Virus record (IMG/VR): IMGVR_UViG_3300010331_000009
DNA from: a virus
DNA length: 33,833 bases
Reading direction: 5' to 3' (one strand)
The position numbers and the translations under genes were made by a program. Of this stretch, positions 22,673-30,346 are shown piece by piece. The notes beneath the pieces were generated by a model. The model made no database searches. It was not told where the DNA came from and saw nothing but the letters and a program-made list of their open reading frames with translations. Numbering within the stretch: the first letter of the stretch is position 1; each line of letters opens with the position of its first letter.

Positions 22673-24000
22673 TGGGCGCATACATAGGAGCCGCGATCGA
22701 CCTACAGACACAGCCAGATGGCACGATCCGAGACGCTGTGACCGGCGCGCTTGCGGCCATCAACCGCACTGGAAGCGTCTACGGTATCGACCCGATCACG
22801 GGCAAACTCAAGGCGTTTGGTGCCAACCTGCTTGCCGCCGAGAAGTACCCGAACGGTGGTGGCTATTGGGCGGCAGGAGAGAGTGCCGCCACAAACCGAT
22901 TCATCAACTCCATGAACACTTCGGACGTGAACGCTGATGGGTTCGCGGACGGTTTCGTGTTTCAAGGCTATAACGCCACCGACACAAAGAGCCTGATTGA
23001 CGCTTCGGATTTCTTGGACGGAGCGAAGTGGCAACGTATCTCCATGACGGGGACTGCTGCTCAGAGCATCTACAACGGGAGGGCGTCGATAAAGGACGTT
23101 CTGAATGGCTTGGCACTCGCGCCGAGCACCACATATTCGGTCAGTCTCTTCTACCGATATGCGCGGCAGACAGGCTGTAATCCGGGAGCGTTCTGCGAGT
23201 TCACCGACGCGGCAGGAGCGTACTACGGACTAGTGGGTGCGACATCATCTGGCGGCGCGATGGTGCTGGATAACTCCGCTACGATCAGGCGATGCACCTA
23301 CACGATCACTACACCTGCGGCTCTAGGTTCTGCGGCAAAGATAACCCTGAACGTAGGCAACGCAAGCCAGTGGCATGAAGGCGACACGTTCGGAATCGAC
23401 TTCACAGCCATTCAGGTTGAACTCGCATATCCGACCTCGTTCATCCCGACAACGACTGCTCCGGTTCTCCGACCATACGATCAGATAACCTACCCGAGTG
23501 CGGCGCTTGGCTCGGGTAGCCTGACGGTGGCCGTTGTCGCTGTCGTCCCTTGGAACGTCTACGGGACGTTGTTCGATTGGGTTGGCACGGGCGGCCGCGC
23601 GGTTAACGACCAGCAGATAGGCCGACAGGGTACTGGCTTCTGGGCTTGGGCGCGGTCTAACTCTCTGCCGCTTTCTGCTTCGACCATACCAACGGCTAAT
23701 GTCACCGCTGGCGTTCCTCACGTGTTCGCCGGGCGGTGGGACGTGGCGGCAGGGGCAATCAAACTCTCCGTGGACGGCGTTCACAGAACAGCCTCCACTG
23801 GATACACACGGCCACTTGGCTTGGGAGTGAACTTCGGGATTGCGAACTCATCCGGCTACTTGCACCGGATGGTTGCATTCACGTCCCTGCTTTCCGATGC
23901 CGAGATAGCCGCGCTCTCTACATCGCTCCTCGCTGGCACGCTCAACGCACGACGACGACGCCCGATCTTCCGCACTCTCGGTGGAATCACGAAGGGATAG
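22672..24000 (+). CDS. Two-jelly-roll protein: CBM-like N-terminal half plus LamG/concanavalin-A-like C-terminal domain (fibre/receptor-binding or decoration candidate)
   Basis: ATG 22672 overlaps the upstream TGA by 1 nt. The C-terminal HVFAGRWD..GAIKLSVDGV....IANSSGYLHRMVAFTSLLSDAEIAAL matches the Laminin-G_3 pattern. A/T-ending codons are clearly more frequent than in flanking genes. Confidence 0.7.
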   Translation: MGAYIGAAIDLQTQPDGTIRDAVTGALAAINRTGSVYGIDPITGKLKAFGANLLAAEKYPNGGGYWAAGESAATNRFINSMNTSDVNADGFADGFVFQGYNATDTKSLIDASDFLDGAKWQRISMTGTAAQSIYNGRASIKDVLNGLALAPSTTYSVSLFYRYARQTGCNPGAFCEFTDAAGAYYGLVGATSSGGAMVLDNSATIRRCTYTITTPAALGSAAKITLNVGNASQWHEGDTFGIDFTAIQVELAYPTSFIPTTTAPVLRPYDQITYPSAALGSGSLTVAVVAVVPWNVYGTLFDWVGTGGRAVNDQQIGRQGTGFWAWARSNSLPLSASTIPTANVTAGVPHVFAGRWDVAAGAIKLSVDGVHRTASTGYTRPLGLGVNFGIANSSGYLHRMVAFTSLLSDAEIAALSTSLLAGTLNARRRRPIFRTLGGITKG

Positions 24001-24003
24001 ACC

Positions 24004-24894
24004 ATGGGAACACAGACGATTCCATTCTTCATCGACAAGGCAGACGGGACGGGTATCCTCATTGGCGTCGCGGCAACCGCCACAGTCCAGTACGGTTCCG
24101 CCGCCGCCGCTTCCACTCCGGTCACGATTTGCGGAGAGGCTTACAGCGTCACAGTGGACGACACGCAGAATGCCGCCGTGAAGATTGTCGCGGCCGGAGC
24201 AACCACGTTCGGTTTCTCTATTGCCAGAGTCCCGCCTGACATGACCACAGAGGCGAAGGCAACAGCCAACAAGAACACACTTATTCAGGGCGATAACGGG
24301 CTGGCCGACATCTTGATGAATTTGGGTGTTAGAGTCGCCACGAACGCCGACAAGGGCGGGTATACGCTCACGCCTGCTTACGACCGCGCCAAGACAGCGG
24401 CGAAGCCAGAGGAAGTAGCGGTCACGGTGCCTGCGCCTGTCGTGAATCCAACGCCGGTCACGGTCAACCCGACTCCGGTGACAGTCAACCCCACGCCGCT
24501 CACTGTGAATCCCACCGTGTTGGATTCGGCGGAGCGCGCCGCGATCACAGCGGAGATCGAGCGCGCCGGTGGAATGCTTGCTGAGACCAAGGCAGACACC
24601 ACCGTGATCCTCGAAGCTACGACCTTCACGGCCAACGAGGCGATGCTCACGCAGGACTCGCGGGACGTCGATGGATTCATCATCGGGATCACGACTCCTT
24701 CGGCGGCGGTCACAGCGTTTCTGCGGACTGACGTGGCTCGAGCTAACCCGAAGCGCGCCGCGACCGCCGAGACGGACGGCGACTGGCAGCTGCCGGCCAA
24801 GCGCGGCGCCGGCTACACGCTCGTGTTCACACACGATGGATTCCGCAATCCGGACGGATCCGCCGATGTGACAAGGGAGGTCGATGTACCGTGA
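24004..24894 (+). CDS. Hypothetical structural protein with a VNPTPVT tandem repeat
   Basis: 296-aa ORF containing 3.5 copies of a 21-bp (7-aa) repeat at 24442-24518. Lower GC3, like the upstream gene. Confidence 0.7.
   Translation: MGTQTIPFFIDKADGTGILIGVAATATVQYGSAAAASTPVTICGEAYSVTVDDTQNAAVKIVAAGATTFGFSIARVPPDMTTEAKATANKNTLIQGDNGLADILMNLGVRVATNADKGGYTLTPAYDRAKTAAKPEEVAVTVPAPVVNPTPVTVNPTPVTVNPTPLTVNPTVLDSAERAAITAEIERAGGMLAETKADTTVILEATTFTANEAMLTQDSRDVDGFIIGITTPSAAVTAFLRTDVARANPKRAATAETDGDWQLPAKRGAGYTLVFTHDGFRNPDGSADVTREVDVP
24442..24518 (+). repeat. 3.5 x 21-bp tandem repeat encoding VNPTPVT/VNPTPVT/VNPTPLT/VNPTV
   Basis: Units start at 24442, 24463, 24484 and 24505. The units differ mostly at synonymous positions. 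Confidence 0.85.
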
Positions 24895-25541
24895 CAGCCG
24901 AGCTGATCCCCATCGAATCGACCGCAGGCGCGCAGCTCTGCACGCTCGAGCAGGTCAAGTCCCGCCTCGGCATGGACAAGTCCGGCGACGACGACAAGAT
25001 CTCGGCCCTGATCGCGGCCGTCCTGCCGACGTTTTCCAAGCGCCTGCGACGCGAGCTCATGCCGCACGTGACCGCCCCGCGCTCCTTCGACGTCGAGGGC
25101 GCGTTCGTGGCCCTGGGCGCCTCGGACCTGCGCTCCGCGTCCAGCGTCGTGCTCACGCTCGACGACACCGATAGGGTGCTGACCCCCGGCATGGACTACA
25201 TGCTGTGGCCCTTCGACGCCCTGACGGGCACCGCGGGCTACCTCAAGATATCGCGCAACATCAGCCTGCGCTCCACGTGCTTCGATGCGTTCGGCATCGT
25301 GCCGCTCATCGTGACCGGCGACTGGGGCATCTGGGACCGCGTCGAAGACGTACCCGCAGACGTCAACATCGCGGCCATCGAGACCGTGCTCTCCTGGCTC
25401 GATCGCCCCTCGGCCGAGATCGCGATGATGGGCGGCGGGGATCCGCGCTACATGGAGCCGGCCGCGCCTCAGACGTGGGACATCCCCGCAAGCGCGTGGC
25501 GCAAGCTCTCGGCGTACAACCGCCCGGTCGGGGTGGTGTGA
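24891..25541 (+). CDS. Head-tail connector/adaptor (gp6-like)
   Basis: GTGA overlap start. CTLEQVKSRLGMDKSGDDDKISALIAAV resembles the gp6-like connector N-terminal motif. It is the first neck gene. Confidence 0.7.
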   Translation: MTAELIPIESTAGAQLCTLEQVKSRLGMDKSGDDDKISALIAAVLPTFSKRLRRELMPHVTAPRSFDVEGAFVALGASDLRSASSVVLTLDDTDRVLTPGMDYMLWPFDALTGTAGYLKISRNISLRSTCFDAFGIVPLIVTGDWGIWDRVEDVPADVNIAAIETVLSWLDRPSAEIAMMGGGDPRYMEPAAPQTWDIPASAWRKLSAYNRPVGVV

Positions 25542-25542
25542 G

Positions 25543-25992
25543 ATGAAGTCCAGTGTGCCCGCACTCAAGGTCGCGCTCAAGGCGCGTCTCAAGGCTGACC
25601 CCGCCTTCGCCGGCGAGGACACGATGGTATCGATCGGCAACCCCCATCCGGCCCGTGCCACGCGCGAACTCGTCGCCATCGGCAAGGTCTCCAACCGCGT
25701 GACCGAGTACCGAGGCAGCATGTCCCAAGGCCGAGAGACCTACGACATAGCAGTGCTGGCAAGCGTCATCGGGTCCGCGGCCCTCGGTCACGAGGAGCTG
25801 CTCGTCAAGGCATATGAGCTGGCCGCGGATGTGGTGGCGAGCGTCCTGGACTGGCGGAACAACGCCCAGCGATATGACGGGATCGTCGACATCATCACCG
25901 AGGGCGTGTCCGACGACGACGAGGCGGTCGACACAGACGGTCGTGAGGTATCGGTCACGCTCTCGTTCCACGTGACCGCAAGCATCGTCTGA
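25543..25992 (+). CDS. Neck/tail-completion protein
   Basis: 149 aa. Called from its position between the connector and the gp10-like gene. Confidence 0.6.
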   Translation: MKSSVPALKVALKARLKADPAFAGEDTMVSIGNPHPARATRELVAIGKVSNRVTEYRGSMSQGRETYDIAVLASVIGSAALGHEELLVKAYELAADVVASVLDWRNNAQRYDGIVDIITEGVSDDDEAVDTDGREVSVTLSFHVTASIV

Positions 25993-26519
25993 TGGCTGTC
26001 GACCGCGCCGGCGAGGCGAGGCAGTCGGTCTCCGCCTACATCGACCCGACCCAGCTCAAGGCGCTCAAGCGCGCCATCCAGGACGCGGGCAAGGAAGCCC
26101 GGCGCTCCGTGCGCGCACGGCTCAAAGAGGCCGGCACCGTCGTGGCCGTCGAGATCAAGAGCCGCACACCTGTCGGGAGAGTCAAAACAACCGAACGGAA
26201 GCGTGTGGTCGGAGCGACTCTCTCGTCCCGTATGGGAAAGGGAGGCGCCACGCGCACGGCCGCGCACGGCAACGGTCTGCTCAAGCGATCCACGAAGCTG
26301 CGCATGGGATCCCTCTCGGTCGCGGTCTACAACGACGCCCGCGCCGTGAGCCGCAAATACCCCGGCGGATACCGCTACGGCAAGCGCATCGAGTTCGACC
26401 CGAGCTACTCCTCCCGCTACGCGTTCTTCTATCCGGGCTTCGATGCGTCCAAGGACCAAGCCCTGAAGCTCTTCGACAAGCTGCTCGACGACATCACGCG
26501 CGAGTACCTGCGCGGCTGA
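25992..26519 (+). CDS. HK97 gp10-like neck protein
   Basis: Contains LKALKRAIQDAGKEARRSVRARLKEAGTVVAVEIKSRTPVG, the gp10-family pattern. ATG overlaps the upstream TGA by 1 nt. Confidence 0.65.
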   Translation: MAVDRAGEARQSVSAYIDPTQLKALKRAIQDAGKEARRSVRARLKEAGTVVAVEIKSRTPVGRVKTTERKRVVGATLSSRMGKGGATRTAAHGNGLLKRSTKLRMGSLSVAVYNDARAVSRKYPGGYRYGKRIEFDPSYSSRYAFFYPGFDASKDQALKLFDKLLDDITREYLRG

Positions 26520-26558
26520 CACCCCCGCGACTATGGGTGTGAGAGATGGGAGCACGAC

Positions 26559-26714
26559 GTGAAGCTGACCAAAGACCACAAGCGCCTGCTGCGCGAGACC
26601 GGCGGACTGATCGTCGGCGGGCGGCTCGTGACGTATAAGGAGCCCAAGCCCCGCGTGAAGCCCGAAGCGGTCAAGGCCGCAGACAAGGAGACCGGCCATG
26701 ACCCCAAGCTATAA
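26559..26714 (+). CDS. Possible 51-aa Lys-rich small protein (not in the ORF track)
   Basis: GGGAG (26547-26551) lies 7 nt before GTG 26559. Hand-translated: VKLTKDHKRLLRETGGLIVGGRLVTYKEPKPRVKPEAVKAADKETGHDPKL. It overlaps the next gene by 17 nt. Confidence 0.35.
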   Translation: MKLTKDHKRLLRETGGLIVGGRLVTYKEPKPRVKPEAVKAADKETGHDPKL

Positions 26715-27666
26715 CGGCGGAGAGCACTGGTTGGGCTTCAAGCCCGAGCTGGTTCCGGGGGTGGCCGAGGCGACCGTGACCACGTTCCTCGTCACCGAGT
26801 CCGTCTCCATGAACCCCAACCCCAAGCCAATCGAGCGCAAGGCCCAGATGGCGACCGCTCGCCGCCTGCCTTCGCGCCGCGGATGGATCGCCCCGGACGG
26901 CAAGACCAGCTGCGAGATCCACGCCAGCCAGCCCCAGCCGTTCTACTGGGCGCTCGGCAAGGTTGTCAGCACGCAGCCCGCTCTGGCGACCGACCCGTTG
27001 GTATTCCTCCACACGATCACGGACGGTGGGGCCCCCGTCTCGTTGACGGCAGAGGCCGACCAGGTCTACTCGAAGAAGAAGCAGTCCGGGGTGCGCGTCG
27101 ACAAGCTCACCCTCAAGGCCCAGGTCGGAGAGATGGCCGCACTCGAGATCGCATGGTTCGGCCTGACGCATACCGAGGGAGCCGAGCTCACGTCGGTCCC
27201 CGTGTTCCCGACGGCTCCGATGACGTGCGTCGCGATGACCGTCAAGATCGCCGGCCAACAGGATCTCCGAATCCCAGAGGTGGAGATCGTCCTGGACAAC
27301 GCGATCGAGCAGCTCCCCGTGCTCGAGGACGCCCAGGGTGGACCTCACGTGGCGCGCCGCAAGGAGGCGCTGAAGGTCACGGGCAAGCTCAAGTTCATCG
27401 ACTTCCCCGCCGAGCAGCTCGCCGTGATCCGCAACGCGGGCAGCTTCGAGCTGGTCACCGATCTTCTCGGAGACGTCATCAGCAACGAGTACCGCGAGTT
27501 CGTCCGCATCACGCTTCCCGCATGCCAGTACACCGGCGGTCTGGACGCCGAGTCGGGCTCCGCGATCATCACCGGCGATGCCAACTTCGAGGGCTTCTAC
27601 GACGTCGTCACCGGCGAGCAGGTCGTCATCGAAGTCCAGGACACCGTATCCGTCATCACCGAGTAA
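26698..27666 (+). CDS. Major tail protein
   Basis: 322 aa, immediately upstream of the chaperone pair and the tape measure gene. The call is based on conserved gene order. Confidence 0.75.
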   Translation: MTPSYNGGEHWLGFKPELVPGVAEATVTTFLVTESVSMNPNPKPIERKAQMATARRLPSRRGWIAPDGKTSCEIHASQPQPFYWALGKVVSTQPALATDPLVFLHTITDGGAPVSLTAEADQVYSKKKQSGVRVDKLTLKAQVGEMAALEIAWFGLTHTEGAELTSVPVFPTAPMTCVAMTVKIAGQQDLRIPEVEIVLDNAIEQLPVLEDAQGGPHVARRKEALKVTGKLKFIDFPAEQLAVIRNAGSFELVTDLLGDVISNEYREFVRITLPACQYTGGLDAESGSAIITGDANFEGFYDVVTGEQVVIEVQDTVSVITE

Positions 27667-27680
27667 GAGGAGGCCGACCC

Positions 27681-28169
27681 GTGCGCATCATCCGAGACTC
27701 CGACACCGTCGAGTACGTCGACGAGTCGGGCGACAAGCTCGTACTACTCTCCGCTCCGCGCCAGCGCGACGTCGAGTCCTCCGACCTCATCGAGCGCGAT
27801 GAGGCCATGGGCCAGATGCAGGCTTTGAAGAAGAGCGGCATCGACACCGACGCTTTCATGGCCGATGCCAAGAAGGACCGCGACGCGCTCGAGGCCGCCA
27901 AGGAAGCGGTCAAGACCTCGCTGCCCGCGGCCAAGGTGCGAGAGTTCCGGCTCAAGTCGCTCGGCATCAGGCTCGTCATCGGTGGAGAGAACATCGGCGG
28001 AGAAGCCATCGTCACGTCGTACCGCGATATGGACCCGATCTCGGCCGCGTGGATCGACAAGTGCGTCGGCGAGACCTGGATGGGCGCCCTGCCGTCTGAT
28101 GAAGACACACGCGGCGAGGGTGCTGATGCTCCAGTGCCTGTCGGCGCCACCGTCAGCACCCCCGCTTAA
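27681..28169 (+). CDS. Tail assembly chaperone (gpG-like)
   Basis: AGAGGAGG (27666-27673) precedes GTG 27681. 162 aa, acidic, positioned between the major tail protein and the tape measure. Confidence 0.75.
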   Translation: MRIIRDSDTVEYVDESGDKLVLLSAPRQRDVESSDLIERDEAMGQMQALKKSGIDTDAFMADAKKDRDALEAAKEAVKTSLPAAKVREFRLKSLGIRLVIGGENIGGEAIVTSYRDMDPISAAWIDKCVGETWMGALPSDEDTRGEGADAPVPVGATVSTPA

Positions 28170-28347
28170 CGCACTGAGCCGCAACCCGCGCATCGCCTCT
28201 CTGATCGGGCTCTACTCGCAGGCCAAAGACATGGGTGCACTGCCCAACCCGGGCGCGCTGCTCGACCAGAGAGCCGACCACTACGCGTTCTTCGCGATCT
28301 TCTCAGCCGCGATAGCCGAGCACAAATACATCACGAACAAGGGGTGA
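27681..28347 (+). CDS. Frameshift-extended tail assembly chaperone (gpGT-like), requiring a +1 or -2 shift near 28158-28164
   Basis: 28170-28347 is open only in the frame +1 relative to G. That stretch has no plausible start before an ATG at about 28230, and it ends 4 nt before the tape measure ATG. The run ACCCCCG (28158-28164) lies 3 nt before the G stop (TAA 28167-28169). Confidence 0.55.
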
Positions 28348-28351
28348 TCCC

Positions 28352-30346
28352 ATGGCCGCCAACGCACGCATCCTTGAGATCATCCTTCGGGCCAAAGACG
28401 AGTCGAGCAAGGTGTTCGACCAGGTATCGAAGTCGAGCGCGACGTTCTCCGACAAGCTCGGCTCGGTAGGCAAGTCGGCGACGCTGGGCGTGAGCGTCCC
28501 GCTGGCCGGTGCGGGCATCGCCGTGGCCACGCTGGCCGCGAACTTCGAGACGTCGATGAACGTCCTGCAGACCAACGCCGGCGCGACCGGTGCCGAGATG
28601 CAGAAGCTCGAGACGTACGCCAAGAAGATGGGCGCCGAGACCGTGTTCTCCACTCAGGACGCGGCAGACGGCATGCTCGAGCTTTCCAAGGCCGGCATGA
28701 ACACCGAGCAGATCATGGGCGGTGGTCTGGCCGCTGCTATGTCCATCGCCGCGACCGAGGGTATGGCCCTCGGCGATGCCGCGACGGTCACCTCCAACAC
28801 CATGAACATGTTCGGGCTGAAGGCTGGCCAGGCGGCCACGATCGCCGATACGCTGGCGGGCGCGTCGGCAGGGTCGACCGCCAGCGTGCTCTCCCTCACG
28901 GAAGGTCTGGCCCAAGTGGGCCCCGGCGCCAAGAACGCGGGGCTATCACTCAACGAGACCGTAGCCGTGCTCGCGGCGTTCGACGATGCAGGGGTCAAGG
29001 GATCCGACGCCGGCACGTCGCTCAAGACGATGCTCGTTAGTCTCGTTCCCAAGACCGACAAGGCCGCGTCGATGATGAAGAGCCTCGGTCTGTCGTTCGT
29101 AGACAGCAAGGGCAACATCGACGACGTCGCCACGGTCGCGCAGAAGCTCAAGGACAAGCTCGGCCCTCTATCCCAGGAGCAGCGCACGGCTGCCATGGCC
29201 ACCATGTTCGGTTCGGACGCGACGCGCGCGGCCTCGATCCTGATGGACCAGGGCGCCACCGGCATCCAGAAGTACATCGCGTCGACGGAGCAGTCGGGCA
29301 AAGCGGCCGAGATGGCCGGTGCGCGCCAGAAGGGCGCCGCCGGAAGCATCGAAGCGATGATGGGCTCGCTCGAGTCGGCCGGTATCGCGCTCGGGCAGGC
29401 GCTGCTACCGATCATCACCAACATCGCCAAGGATGCGGCCGTTGTCGTCAACAACTTCGCCGGGTGGTGGGAGGCGATCGGTCCGGGCGGGCAGAAGGTC
29501 GCGCTTATCCTCACCGCGATTGTCATCGCCGCCGGCCCGCTGGCCAGCATCATCAGCGTCATCACCGGGGTGGTCGGCCTGCTCTCGTCCGCCTTCGTGA
29601 TCGAAGGCGTCACCGCCGCCGCCGCATGGCTCGCCACGATCTGGCCCGTCGCTCTCGTCATAGCCGCGATCGCGCTGGTGGCAGGCGGCATCTACCTGCT
29701 CATCAAGAACTGGGGAACCATCGGCCCGTTCTTCAAAAAGCTCTGGGCTGGGGTAACCAAGGCGTTCTCGGGATTCTGGAGCGGGACCAAGACGTTCGTG
29801 AAGAAGTGGGGCGTCGAGATTCTGGCGGTCCTCGTGCCCTTCATCGGCGTTCCTCTCTTCATCATCAAGCATTGGAATGTCATCGGACCCGCGCTGTCCA
29901 AGATCTGGTCCGGGGTATCGAAGGGCGCGAAGAAGGGCATCGACTCCGTCGTCGGGTTCGTGCGCTCGCTGCCGGGCAGGCTGCTCGACGCGCTGAAGGG
30001 GCTTGCAGCCACCATCACGCGTCCGATAGATGCAGCCTGGAACGTGCTCCAGAAGCTCAACCCGTTCATGCGGCACTCCCCGTCATTGGTGGACAACGTG
30101 TTGGCCGGAGCCAGCACCATCGCCAGCGCCTACGCGGGCGTATCGGGAATCAGCATCGCCAGCCCGACACTCGGCGGCCTTTCCATGCCGGCGTTCGCCG
30201 GAGCACAGTCGCTGGGGCAGGGGCCCAGTCTGCCCGGGCAGACAGGCGCCGGGGGCCAAGCGTGGCGCATCTATCTGGACGGCCGTGAGCTGACACGTGC
30301 GACCGCTAAGACCACTGCCGCCAACGGGCGCAGCGGGGCGCGATGA
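28352..30346 (+). CDS. Tape measure protein
   Basis: 664 aa with a TP901-type core-like N-terminal region (...AGMNTEQIMGGGLAAAMSIAATEGMALGDAATVTSNTMNMFGL...), hydrophobic segments in the C-terminal half, and the expected position. Confidence 0.88.
   Translation: MAANARILEIILRAKDESSKVFDQVSKSSATFSDKLGSVGKSATLGVSVPLAGAGIAVATLAANFETSMNVLQTNAGATGAEMQKLETYAKKMGAETVFSTQDAADGMLELSKAGMNTEQIMGGGLAAAMSIAATEGMALGDAATVTSNTMNMFGLKAGQAATIADTLAGASAGSTASVLSLTEGLAQVGPGAKNAGLSLNETVAVLAAFDDAGVKGSDAGTSLKTMLVSLVPKTDKAASMMKSLGLSFVDSKGNIDDVATVAQKLKDKLGPLSQEQRTAAMATMFGSDATRAASILMDQGATGIQKYIASTEQSGKAAEMAGARQKGAAGSIEAMMGSLESAGIALGQALLPIITNIAKDAAVVVNNFAGWWEAIGPGGQKVALILTAIVIAAGPLASIISVITGVVGLLSSAFVIEGVTAAAAWLATIWPVALVIAAIALVAGGIYLLIKNWGTIGPFFKKLWAGVTKAFSGFWSGTKTFVKKWGVEILAVLVPFIGVPLFIIKHWNVIGPALSKIWSGVSKGAKKGIDSVVGFVRSLPGRLLDALKGLAATITRPIDAAWNVLQKLNPFMRHSPSLVDNVLAGASTIASAYAGVSGISIASPTLGGLSMPAFAGAQSLGQGPSLPGQTGAGGQAWRIYLDGRELTRATAKTTAANGRSGAR

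Noticed and set aside
23848-24834. A 328-aa minus-strand ORF within the lower-GC island
   Set aside because: It is Arg-rich with no motifs, and it lies antisense to two + strand genes with coherent domain content (a LamG-type motif and a heptapeptide repeat).
22672-24894. A diversity-generating retroelement targeting the LamG/repeat proteins
   Set aside because: No reverse transcriptase ORF is present, and I could see no template/variable repeat pair anywhere in the window.
27865-28169. A canonical -1 frameshift between the tail chaperone genes
   Set aside because: No ORF is open in the -1 frame across the G stop. Only the +1 frame is open through to 28347.
28654-30076. Minus-strand ORFs (345 aa and 223 aa) and the + frame 29464..30288, all inside the tape measure gene
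   Set aside because: They are shadow and off-frame ORFs. The 28352..30346 frame has the tape measure core-like motifs and TM segments.
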